Positions 19,706 to 28,997 of a DNA stretch of 64,000 bases are shown here, in pieces. How positions within the stretch are numbered: position 1 is the first letter of the stretch; each line of letters starts with the position of its first letter. The position numbers were made by a program, and so were the translations under genes. Below the pieces are notes generated by a model. It did not search any database. It saw only the letters and a list, made by a program, of their open reading frames with translations, and had not been told where the DNA came from. The stretch comes from Acidobacteriota bacterium (lineage in GTDB: Bacteria; Acidobacteriota; UBA890; WLXD01): NCBI GenBank assembly GCA_965205505.1, contig CBDBHB010000009.1:1184001-1248000 (forward strand), written 5' to 3'.

Positions 19706-19980
19706 TGTCCTGTAACAGAGGTTCGTTGCATATTGTGGCGAGCGCGACTGAGTCGAATCCAAGGAGGCACGACGACGGCGATGCTGAGGGTATCGCAGAG
19801 GAGGGCCGACGCCGGAGGTGGCCGGTCCCGCGGCCACCCGGAGGGCTGGGTCGATATGGGGGCAATCTCAGCGTTGCGATTCGTCGACGATGGCCACCGC
19901 ATCGCCATCCTCATCACGCCTTGAGCTTGCCCCCATCTCGTCCCAGCAATATGCAACGAACCTCTGTTACAGGACATTAG
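19702..19980. mobile_element. Miniature inverted-repeat element, end type A
   Basis: TIR TGTCCTGTAACAGAGGTTCGTTGCATATTG at both ends; flanks CGAG and TTAG. Confidence 0.85.
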
Positions 19981-19992
19981 ACGGAGAAGTCA

Positions 19993-20862
19993 TTGAGCGA
20001 ACTGACCGGGATCAACCTGGCGATGCAAACCCCGATGCATGCCGACGGCAGCATCGACTATGCACGCTGGGAAGAGTTAATCGACCTCTACATCGACGCC
20101 GGCGTCCATGGGCTGGTGCTCGGTGCTGGCACCGGGCAGCATCCCTACCTCACCCGACAGGAATGCGATCGGCTTTACGAGCTCGGCGCCGGGCGTATCG
20201 AGGCACGCTGTAACCTGATTTGCCAGACCTCGGCGCTGGTGCCCGACGAAGTGATCGAGCGCAGCAAGCACGCTCAGGGACTCGGCGCCGATGCGCTGAT
20301 GATTCTGCCGCCCTACCTCGAAGGCCCCGAGGACGACGACGGGTTGTTGGCGTTTTACGAGGCCGTCGATGCCGCGATCGAAACCGACGTCATCGGCTAC
20401 AACATCCCGCAAGCCACCGGCATCGGTGTTTCGGTCGACCTGTTCAAGCGCCTGAACCAGCTCGAGCATTTCAACTACATCAAAGACAGCGCCGGCGACC
20501 TGGCCACCCACCAGGAATACCTCGCCACCGGATACAACGTGTTGAACGGGTGCGATCCCAACACCGTTTTCAGCTTCATCGCCGGGGCGCAAGGGTGTAT
20601 CTGGGGTGGCGCAAACTACATGCCGCACGAGAGCGTGCGCCTGTTCGAGCTGGTAGCCAGCAACGACATCGCCGGCGCCATGGAACTGTGGTCGCGCATG
20701 ATCCCGTCGCTGCTCTGCATCTGGAGAGGCAACTATGTTCCCAAGGTCAAGGCTGCCTCCCGGCAGCGTGGTTTCGACGGCGGTGCCGTGCGCGCGCCGC
20801 TGCAAGAACTATCAGTCGAGGAGGCGCGTGAGCTCGCGGCCTCTCTCGAGCCGCTGGGTTGA
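19993..20862 (+). CDS. Dihydrodipicolinate synthase family protein
   Basis: TP..DGSID, YNIP, IKDS Schiff-base lysine motif; GTGQ in place of GTTGE. Confidence 0.85.
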   Translation: MSELTGINLAMQTPMHADGSIDYARWEELIDLYIDAGVHGLVLGAGTGQHPYLTRQECDRLYELGAGRIEARCNLICQTSALVPDEVIERSKHAQGLGADALMILPPYLEGPEDDDGLLAFYEAVDAAIETDVIGYNIPQATGIGVSVDLFKRLNQLEHFNYIKDSAGDLATHQEYLATGYNVLNGCDPNTVFSFIAGAQGCIWGGANYMPHESVRLFELVASNDIAGAMELWSRMIPSLLCIWRGNYVPKVKAASRQRGFDGGAVRAPLQELSVEEARELAASLEPLG

Positions 20863-20967
20863 GCCGCATGTGAACGGCGGACGCAGACGGGCATTGTCAA
20901 CTTGACGGAGATCCTGGCAGAGTGCGGCGATGATTACCGCCGCGAGCCGCGATCGCAGACGAGGTCG

Positions 20968-22725
20968 ATGATGCAGAAGGCCGTAGGGATAGGGGTTGCT
21001 GCCATGCTGGTCGTGGCGTCCGTGGCCGCGCCTGCCGCTCCGCAGGTCTCGAGCACGGTCGTTGCCGACGTGATCTATCGCAACGGCAAGATCTTCAAGG
21101 GCCTCGATGAGGGCTTCGCGGAGGCGGTCGCGGTGCGCGACGGCAGGATCATCGCGGTGGGAGCCGACGAGCTACTGCTGACCCACCGGGGCGAGGCGAC
21201 ACGCCTTGTCGATCTCGATGGCCGCACGATGCTGCCAGGGTTTTTCGACAACCACATCCACCTCGGGCGCGACGGCCCCCGGCTGATGGAGTGGAAGGGC
21301 GGCCTGATCGCGGAGGTGCCCGAGTGGATTCGCGATGCGACCGAGATCACCGGCCTGCAGGACGCGTTGCGCGACAAGGCGGCCGAAACGCCGCAGGGAG
21401 ATTGGATTCTGGGGGCGCTGAGCCGTGAGGTTTGGCCGAACCAGACCCTGCCCACGCGGTGGGACCTGGACGAAGGCGCGTTCGACCACCCGGTGCTGCT
21501 CACGCGGGGTCCGCACACCACGATTCTCAATTCCCGCGCCCTCACCCTGGTGGGGATCAGCCGCTCCACGCACTCCGCCGGCGGCGGCGAGGTTGGCAAG
21601 GACGCCACCGGTGAGCCCGACGGCCGGCTCTACGACGCCGCGCGGCGCCTGGTCGAGGAGGAGGCGCCTTCGCGTCGGGCCACGGTGATCGATCAGCGAC
21701 AGGCCATCGAGAACATGCGTCGCAGCTTGCTCCAGCACGCCAGCGGAGGTGTGACGAGCGTCAACATCGCGTCGGTGCGCCCGGACGAGCTGCGCACCAT
21801 CCAGACACTCTACGAGCGTCATGGCGAGGAGCTTCCGCGGGCCACGGTTCAGCTACGTCTGCGGCCTGGCTACGATGCCTACGACGACCTCGATCTAGCG
21901 GTTCGCGAGGCCGTCCAGGAGCTCGAGTCGATCGGCTTCGTCACCGGGTTCGGCGACGATCGACTTCGGCTCGGCGCCATCAAGATGAGCATTGACGGCG
22001 GTTTGAGCGCGCCGGCGTTCTGGTCGCTCGAGCCCTACGAGAACCGCCCGGAGTTCCAGGGCGTGGTGCGCATTCCGGCCACCGCCTTCTATCCGGTGGC
22101 CCGGCGGGCCCATGAGCTGGGTTGGCAGCTCGGGATCCATGCCATCGGAGACGGTGCCGCCAAGATGGTGGTGGAGCAGCTGGAGCGGATCCTCACCGAG
22201 CTGCCGCGCCAGGATCACCGCCATTACCTGCACCACGTATCCGTCAAGCCGCCGCAGGCGACCATCGACGCGATGGCGCGCCTCGGTATCGGCGTTGCCA
22301 GCCAGCCAAGCTTCACCGTCGGTCTCGGAGCGTTCGCCACCGAGGCGCTTGATGGCGACCGCGAGGCCACGATGAACCCCACTCGATCGCTGCTCGACGC
22401 CGGCGTATGGGTGAGCTGGGGCTCGGACGGCGCGCCCTACGGTCCGCGCGTCAGTCTGTGGGCCGGGATCACGCGGAAGGGTTGGGACGATCGGGTGTAC
22501 GGCCCGGCAGAGGCCGTTACGCGCTCGGAGGCCGTCCACCTGCATACGTGGGCACCCGCCTACCAGACCTTCTCGGAGGACGTGAAGGGGACCATCGAGG
22601 TTGGCAAGCTGGCAGACTTCGTAGTGCTGGGAGAGGACGTGTTCACGATCGACGTGGATCGGATCCGCTACGTCCCGATACTGCGGACGATCGTGGGGGG
22701 ACGCGAGATTTACGCACGAGAGTGA
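20968..22725 (+). CDS. Amidohydrolase 3 family, exported
   Basis: PGFFDNHIH, HAIGD, GSDG, GKLADFVVL; signal peptide; start approximate. Confidence 0.85.
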   Translation: MMQKAVGIGVAAMLVVASVAAPAAPQVSSTVVADVIYRNGKIFKGLDEGFAEAVAVRDGRIIAVGADELLLTHRGEATRLVDLDGRTMLPGFFDNHIHLGRDGPRLMEWKGGLIAEVPEWIRDATEITGLQDALRDKAAETPQGDWILGALSREVWPNQTLPTRWDLDEGAFDHPVLLTRGPHTTILNSRALTLVGISRSTHSAGGGEVGKDATGEPDGRLYDAARRLVEEEAPSRRATVIDQRQAIENMRRSLLQHASGGVTSVNIASVRPDELRTIQTLYERHGEELPRATVQLRLRPGYDAYDDLDLAVREAVQELESIGFVTGFGDDRLRLGAIKMSIDGGLSAPAFWSLEPYENRPEFQGVVRIPATAFYPVARRAHELGWQLGIHAIGDGAAKMVVEQLERILTELPRQDHRHYLHHVSVKPPQATIDAMARLGIGVASQPSFTVGLGAFATEALDGDREATMNPTRSLLDAGVWVSWGSDGAPYGPRVSLWAGITRKGWDDRVYGPAEAVTRSEAVHLHTWAPAYQTFSEDVKGTIEVGKLADFVVLGEDVFTIDVDRIRYVPILRTIVGGREIYARE

Positions 22726-22817
22726 CCGGTAACGAGGGTGTGAGTGTGGAGGGTGGCCCACGATATGCTCGCGCGCGACCAGGCTCCGGTGGCTTGAGCT
22801 CGGGGAGGTCAGCAGTC

Positions 22818-24371
22818 ATGCAGGAAAGGCGCGAGCACACGTCCTGGGGTTTTGCTTCCTGCATAGGAAAGTCTGCCGCGATCATCATGTTTGCCTTCGT
22901 CGGCTTCGAACTGCAGGCACAGGATGCCGGGGTGCTCCTGGACACCGACGGAGAGGTTCGCGACGAGGCGTTCGACTACATGCGCATGCCCTTGTCGGGC
23001 CGCGATTGGGTGTATGCAGATATCGACGGGCATCACATCAAGGAACTGCTCGAAGAGGTCGTGTCTATTTCGCGCCGCAGCCGGGACGACGGCAACAGGT
23101 ACTGGGGTCGGATCTCTGGTTCAGAGTACGAGGTGATGACGGCGGACTGGCTCGAGGCGAAGTTCCGCGATCTCGGACTGGAGAACATCCATCGCGTGTC
23201 GTTCGAGCTGGGACGACAGTGGTGGCCGCGGGATTGGGAGCTGACCGCGACCGGTAGCGGACAGATGCTCACCTTCTCCAGTGTGTACCCGGCGCCGCCA
23301 CGTACAGTCTGGGGTTCAGGCCGATACACGGACCAAGCGGTGGTCACTCCTTCCGAGATGTCCGACCCGCTCAGCGTCGACGCGGTCTGGGTTGGCCTGG
23401 GCACCGCCGCGGACTTTGCCGGCCGTCAAGTAGCTGGCAAAGCCGTCGTGTTCCAGGCGATGCTCGCGCCCGGCCAGATGGGGAACTCCTCGCGTTGGGA
23501 AGAGGTGACCCAGCGTGCAGAGGCGGAGGGCGCCGCGCTGGCGATCGGCATCTGGGGATATGCCGAGAACTTGGGTGTGATCCAGGACATGCCAGCGTTG
23601 GATACACCTGGTTTCTGGATCGGGTACGAAGACGGCAGGCGACTGCGAGACCTGATCGCGGCCGGGTCGGTGAAGATCTCCGCAAGCCTGGAGCTCGACA
23701 TGCGCGAGGGGCTAACGAGCCCGAGCCAGTACGCAACGCTGTCCGGCATGACGAACGAGACGATCATCGTCACAGCGCATCAAGACGGGTGGTTCGATGC
23801 GGCTCTGGACAACGCATCGGGTCTGGCGGTGATGGTTGCGCTGGCGGAGCACTTCTCCCGGCTGCCTCGAGAACAGCGCCGCCGGAACATGATCTTCATC
23901 GGCACTGCCGGTCACCACATCGGCTCGCCTAACTCGCCCTACATGCTCGAACAGGGGATGCTCGACAGGTGCGCGCTGTTGCTCAACGCCGAGCACATCG
24001 CGTCCGCGCAGTTCCTGGGTTACGGGACCGAGCTGAGACGAACGGCGGGCATCTCGCCCCGCCGGTGGTGGGTACACGGAAGCGACGCGCTGCTCGACGT
24101 GGCGCTCGACGCCTACCGTACCTTCGGAGTGAGCCTCGTCGGGCCGATGCATCCGAGCGCCTCAGGCGAGATCGGATCGATAGACGAGGAGGCGCCCTCG
24201 ATCCAGCTCATCCGCTCTCCTGAGCACAAGCACACGGATCTGGACATTGCGGCGCTGATCCCCTCAGTCGGACTCGAGGCCGTGGCTCGCGCGTTCGCCA
24301 AGATCATCGACGGGGCCAACGAGCTGAGCCTCGCCGAGTTGCTACGCAAGCCCGTGCCGACGACGAACTAA
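22818..24371 (+). CDS. M28 family peptidase, PA domain
   Basis: TAHQDGWF.AALDNASG, GHH, EH, HT motifs; start uncertain. Confidence 0.75.
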   Translation: MQERREHTSWGFASCIGKSAAIIMFAFVGFELQAQDAGVLLDTDGEVRDEAFDYMRMPLSGRDWVYADIDGHHIKELLEEVVSISRRSRDDGNRYWGRISGSEYEVMTADWLEAKFRDLGLENIHRVSFELGRQWWPRDWELTATGSGQMLTFSSVYPAPPRTVWGSGRYTDQAVVTPSEMSDPLSVDAVWVGLGTAADFAGRQVAGKAVVFQAMLAPGQMGNSSRWEEVTQRAEAEGAALAIGIWGYAENLGVIQDMPALDTPGFWIGYEDGRRLRDLIAAGSVKISASLELDMREGLTSPSQYATLSGMTNETIIVTAHQDGWFDAALDNASGLAVMVALAEHFSRLPREQRRRNMIFIGTAGHHIGSPNSPYMLEQGMLDRCALLLNAEHIASAQFLGYGTELRRTAGISPRRWWVHGSDALLDVALDAYRTFGVSLVGPMHPSASGEIGSIDEEAPSIQLIRSPEHKHTDLDIAALIPSVGLEAVARAFAKIIDGANELSLAELLRKPVPTTN

Positions 24372-24425
24372 CGTGTGATTCTCGTTGGCGTCAGCCCTGC
24401 GGCTCTCAGCGGAGATCTGGTCCGT

Positions 24426-26582
24426 TCACCGCACTAGCGGGTCGGGTCGCAGCTGGAACTTCACGACCTTGCTTGTCGTGCCTTTGCCTCCTTCGAGGTG
24501 AAAAGGCGTTCGGGTGCTGTATGTCGCCCACAGGCCCTTGCCCTTCCAGCCGGTGCTCGGATCATCGATGCGGCCATCCAACCACTTGGTGTAGAACCCA
24601 AGCGGATAGGGCACGCGCATGACGACCCACTCTCCGTCCTTCAGGGCCAGCAGCGCTTCGGACCCGTTGCCCGTATTAATCGGCACGTTTTCGCCCAATC
24701 CCAACGTGTCGAACTGATCCACCCAGGTGTAGTAGCTAGCCTCGGCGCTGCCCGAATCCGTGACGCCTTTGAGTTGCGGTAGCGGCTCTGGATAGAAGGT
24801 CCAGCCTTCCGGGCAGTGCTGGCCGGTCGCCGTCGGCCCGTTGAGCGGCCCCGTACACTTGCGGCGGTCGAAGCTGGCGAGGTGTCCGCTGGCAAGGGGC
24901 GTCCATACGACACCGTTGCGGTCGATGTCCATTCCGCGCGGTGAGTACCCTTGCACCGTTGCCTCCGGGTTGCCCCACGGCAGCAGGTAGTTTTCCGTCA
25001 GAGCCGTCGCCGGCGGGTCTGGCCCCGGGTCGAGCCGAATAATCGAGCCGGGGAAGCCCAACGACGATCCCCAGATCGATCCATCGACGGGGCTCACGGC
25101 AACGCCGTAGTAGCCTGCGCTGATCCGCTTGTCCTTGGTGGGATCGATGGGCTCGTCGGGCTCCACATAGGTATCCCGTTTGCCGTTGCCGTTGGTGTCG
25201 AGGATGAGCGCAGTCCAACCCTGCGACTTTTCCTCATCGCCGGTCTCGTCGAACATCTTCGTGTTCAGCCAGCCGATGACCTGGCCGCCACCGCTTGTCC
25301 ACAGGGTGTGGTCAGCATCCTCGGCGAACACCAAATGGTGGGTGCTGAAACAGGTGCTGATGAGCGCGAACTCCTCCAACGTCGAATCGTACATAGCGAG
25401 ATGGCGGCCCGATCCGGCGACAGGAAACAGCTGCGCCGAAGGATGGTCCGACCCTTCTTGACAAAAAGCAGGATTCTCACGCGGGCGGACTCTCGAGGTA
25501 AGCCAGAGCCGTCCCTGCTGATCGAGCATCGGATTGTGCGCGTTGGCGCGACTGGTCCAGATCGCTTCGTTTCCCCAGTAGGGTGACGGCTTTAGTGGTG
25601 GTCCCGAGGCGACGGGGGTGTCCGGATCGCGGACCGGCAGTGTCACTTGGGTCGCCGTGTGACGCACTGGATCCAGGACCGGCGTGTAGTCCGCACTGGC
25701 CTCGAGCGCCCCGTAAATCGGGCCATTGGCGTTGACGGTGGGGTTCCGCTTGTCGGTGGAAACCTGATCGTGGAGATACGCCTTCGGGTCGGCCCAGTCC
25801 CACTGGGTAATGACGACATTGCGCTCCAAACCTTGCGGTCTGGGCGGCGTCTCCGGCAGTTCTCCGGCGGTGATCCGTTCGCTCCAGTCGGCGAACACCT
25901 CCAACGTCCGCCGCCGGCCCATCCTGTTGAGGCCGTTGCGCATGCTCCCGCCCGCCTGGCCGGACTCGATGCGCCGCTCCCACGCGGCCACCAGGGAGTC
26001 GAACTCGCCCAGCTCTGCGGGGATCTCCCGCGTGGCCTTGTTGCCCATTTGATGACAGGCCATGCAGCCACCCGACTTCACCGCCCTGAGCCACTCGGCC
26101 TGGCTTCCCATGTTCGATGAGATGCCATTGCCTTGGGGTCCCGTGCCCGGGAACTCGTCCGTGCCCGGTGCCTGGATCAGTGAAAACCAGTACCCGGCCG
26201 GGTAGTATTGCGCTGCCGCGTGTGGATCGGGTGCCGCCACCGCTGTCAGGTTCTGAACAGTGCCCGGCGTGACCGGAACCTTCGACGAATCGACCAGCCC
26301 GTAGCCGCGTACCCACACGTCGTAGCTCGCGTTCGGTAGGTCGGGGAGCAGGTAGCGTCCGCTATCGTCCGTGACCACGATCTTGTTGAGCTTGGTGGGC
26401 AGGTCGGTTGTTTCCGCGATGACCCAGACACCCGCCTCGGGCCCGAGCGGTCCGCTTACCACCCCGCCGATGTCATCGTCGTCAATGCGCACGGTGTCGC
26501 CGGGTTGCTGGCAGGCACTCAATGCGGCCAGCGACGCGGCCGCGAAGACGACGATGCCAACTCCCACGATTCTCAAAGACAT
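24426..26582 (-). CDS. Lipoprotein with carboxypeptidase-regulatory-like domain, c-type heme motif and propeller-like region
   Basis: LSAC lipobox, GVWVIAET, WVRGYGL, CMACH. Confidence 0.75.
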   Translation of the reverse strand: MSLRIVGVGIVVFAAASLAALSACQQPGDTVRIDDDDIGGVVSGPLGPEAGVWVIAETTDLPTKLNKIVVTDDSGRYLLPDLPNASYDVWVRGYGLVDSSKVPVTPGTVQNLTAVAAPDPHAAAQYYPAGYWFSLIQAPGTDEFPGTGPQGNGISSNMGSQAEWLRAVKSGGCMACHQMGNKATREIPAELGEFDSLVAAWERRIESGQAGGSMRNGLNRMGRRRTLEVFADWSERITAGELPETPPRPQGLERNVVITQWDWADPKAYLHDQVSTDKRNPTVNANGPIYGALEASADYTPVLDPVRHTATQVTLPVRDPDTPVASGPPLKPSPYWGNEAIWTSRANAHNPMLDQQGRLWLTSRVRPRENPAFCQEGSDHPSAQLFPVAGSGRHLAMYDSTLEEFALISTCFSTHHLVFAEDADHTLWTSGGGQVIGWLNTKMFDETGDEEKSQGWTALILDTNGNGKRDTYVEPDEPIDPTKDKRISAGYYGVAVSPVDGSIWGSSLGFPGSIIRLDPGPDPPATALTENYLLPWGNPEATVQGYSPRGMDIDRNGVVWTPLASGHLASFDRRKCTGPLNGPTATGQHCPEGWTFYPEPLPQLKGVTDSGSAEASYYTWVDQFDTLGLGENVPINTGNGSEALLALKDGEWVVMRVPYPLGFYTKWLDGRIDDPSTGWKGKGLWATYSTRTPFHLEGGKGTTSKVVKFQLRPDPLVR

Positions 26583-26768
26583 GACTCCTCTCGCCGTGCT
26601 GTCTGTTCCCTCCTGCGGTCGCTGCGCCTGAAGCCTATCGCTGGAGCGTGCGAGATCCAACGGAGTCTTCAACTTGGTCAGCCCCGACCGCGAGGACGTC
26701 CGGAATGCTGCGGTCTGTCCGTGCACGGCGCAGTTGATCTCGTTTCCTTAACTTGACAGTATCCGCTG

Positions 26769-27443
26769 ATGCCATCTGCGAGGCCGAGGATCGGCTTGAT
26801 TGTTCCTTCGTCGAACACCGTCATGGAGCCCGATCTTCATCGTCGTCTCGGTGCGACCTGTACGATCAGCACATCGCGGATCTACCTGCACGAGGTGACT
26901 CGCAAGGCCGAGAGGCGGATGCTCGACGAAGAGCTGCCGCGATCGATAGGGCTCATCAAGACGACGGAACCCGACGTCGTGATCTTCGGCTGTACGTCTG
27001 CCGGGTCACTGGACGGGATCGAGCACGATCGAGGAATCGCGCGAAGCATCGAACGAGGCACGGGGTGCAAGGCCCTGACGGTGGTCGAATCGGTGCTCGC
27101 GCAGCTGCGCTCGATCGGTGCCCGCAGGGTGGCCGTCTTCACGCCGTACGAAGAGGACCTGACGAGCAGCGTAGCAAGTTGCGTCACCGCGGGCGGCTAC
27201 GAGCTCGCCAAGGTCGCGGGCATGGGCATTCGCGACAACTGCGACATCGGCAAGGTCATGCCGACGGAGATCGTCGAGTTCGTCGATTCGCAGATGACCG
27301 GCGTCGAAGCCGATTGCGTGTTCCTTTCCTGCACGAACTGGCAGGCAATCGATGCCATCGAGTCCGGGCAGGCGCGGTTCGGTGTTCCCGTCATCACCAG
27401 CAACCAGGCGACGCTGGAAGCGGCGCGCCGCATGGTCGGCTGA
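26769..27443 (+). CDS. Maleate cis-trans isomerase / Asp-Glu racemase family
   Basis: IVPSSN, GCTS, TPY, SCTN, TSNQA. Confidence 0.85.
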   Translation: MPSARPRIGLIVPSSNTVMEPDLHRRLGATCTISTSRIYLHEVTRKAERRMLDEELPRSIGLIKTTEPDVVIFGCTSAGSLDGIEHDRGIARSIERGTGCKALTVVESVLAQLRSIGARRVAVFTPYEEDLTSSVASCVTAGGYELAKVAGMGIRDNCDIGKVMPTEIVEFVDSQMTGVEADCVFLSCTNWQAIDAIESGQARFGVPVITSNQATLEAARRMVG

Positions 27444-27450
27444 GGCCGCA

Positions 27451-27555
27451 GTGACCGTCTACTGGATCTTGGCCTCGGCGATTGCGATCGCACTGGTTCC
27501 CTTGATCCTCACCTTGGTCCTCGAGAGCCTGGAGGGCAGGCGGCGACCGCGATGA
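27451..27555 (+). CDS. Small single-TM protein coupled to the SSS transporter
   Basis: GTG start, 34-aa hydrophobic peptide, stop overlaps the symporter ATG (ATGA). Confidence 0.55.
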   Translation: MTVYWILASAIAIALVPLILTLVLESLEGRRRPR

Positions 27556-28997
27556 ACGCCACGCTGCTGGCCACGTTCATCGCCTATTCCACCTTCGTCC
27601 TCGCGGTTGGCCTTTGGGGCTACCGCAAGGGTTCTTTCGCCTCCTACGCGGTCGCCGATCGGACCATGGGGACGGTGATGGCGACGGGCGCGTTCGTAGC
27701 GACCTTCCTGTCGGCGGTCACCGTCATCGGCGTCTCCGGATACGCGTCGCGGTACGGATGGGCTGCGGCAGCGTTCACCTGCTACGGCTACGCGACCGGG
27801 TGGATCCTCCTGGTCGTCGCCGCGCGGCGCATGCACAGGTCGCGACTCACGACGGTGCCCGAGCTCCTGCGAGTGCGCTACGAGTCGCCGGGGCTGGGAA
27901 CCCTGGCCGCGCTGGCGATCATCGCGCTCTACTCCATCACCTTGGTCGTGCAGCTGCTCGGCGTGGCGATCACCTTGAACATCCTGATCGGCCTGGCCGT
28001 GCCGGCGGCCGTCCTGCTGGTCGGTACGGTGTTCGTGACCTACACGGTTCTGGGCGGCCTGATCTCCGTCGTCAGGACCGATCTCATCCAGGCCGTTCTG
28101 CTCGGAGGCGGCGTGGTGACGGGCGCCGCCGCAGTTCTGTGGAAGACGGGCTGGCAGGTGATCACCGCGCCGCCGGAGCCGTTGTCGCACTTCTTCGGAG
28201 GCAGCGTGCAGAACGCCGGCGATTTCATCGGTTGGGCGCTGGTGTGGGGACTCGGGATCCCGACGCAGTCCTACTATCTGCATCGCTTCTACGCCAGCCG
28301 GGATGCCGGCGTGGCGCGGCGGCAGGTTGCGATCGGCGCGGTCGTGATCATGGTGTTGCTGCTCTCGGTGATCATCTGCGGCGTCGGGGCCGGCATGCTC
28401 ATTCCGGCCGATCAGCGGGGCGACGGCGCGTTACCGTACCTGTTCAGGAATGTCATCGGAGGCTGGATCAGCATCCCGATACTGCTGGCGATCACGGCCT
28501 CGGTACACTCCACCACCGACGGGCTGCTGCACATCGTGGGGCTCTACTTTGCCGTCGACGTCTACGCGCCAGCCGCCGGCCGCTCCGACGATGCGCGCCT
28601 GCTGCGCGTCAGCCGCCTGGCAACCCTGCTCTTCGGAGCGGCCGTCACCCTGGTCGCTCTCTATGTTTCGACACGCCCGATACCGCTGATCAGCCTGATC
28701 GGCGCTATCGCCTGGGGCGGCATGGCGTCGGCCTTGTTCGCGCCGCTCTTCTTCGGGCTGTTCTGGCGCCGCGCCACGCGGGCTGGTGCGCTGGCGAGCA
28801 TGGTCGGCGGCATCGCGTTCGCCATCGTCGGCTTCTCGCTGAAGCGCCTGGGCCTCATCGGCTTTCACGAGATCTACCCAGGGGTGATCGCCTCCATGAC
28901 GTTGATGGTTGCGGTGTCCTGCTGCACCCGTGCGAGCAGCGCGGCGACGATCAGCCGCTTCTTTCCGGACCCTGTCCCGCCTGGGGCCGCGCGATGA
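27552..28997 (+). CDS. Sodium:solute symporter family protein
   Basis: About 13 TM; TVPE...RY, GG..SV..TD..Q, STTD, GLFWRRAT motifs. Confidence 0.9.
   Translation: MNATLLATFIAYSTFVLAVGLWGYRKGSFASYAVADRTMGTVMATGAFVATFLSAVTVIGVSGYASRYGWAAAAFTCYGYATGWILLVVAARRMHRSRLTTVPELLRVRYESPGLGTLAALAIIALYSITLVVQLLGVAITLNILIGLAVPAAVLLVGTVFVTYTVLGGLISVVRTDLIQAVLLGGGVVTGAAAVLWKTGWQVITAPPEPLSHFFGGSVQNAGDFIGWALVWGLGIPTQSYYLHRFYASRDAGVARRQVAIGAVVIMVLLLSVIICGVGAGMLIPADQRGDGALPYLFRNVIGGWISIPILLAITASVHSTTDGLLHIVGLYFAVDVYAPAAGRSDDARLLRVSRLATLLFGAAVTLVALYVSTRPIPLISLIGAIAWGGMASALFAPLFFGLFWRRATRAGALASMVGGIAFAIVGFSLKRLGLIGFHEIYPGVIASMTLMVAVSCCTRASSAATISRFFPDPVPPGAAR

Noticed and set aside
27614-28993. 1073-aa fusion ORF
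   Set aside because: Alternative frame over the symporter; the CocE gene starts at 28994
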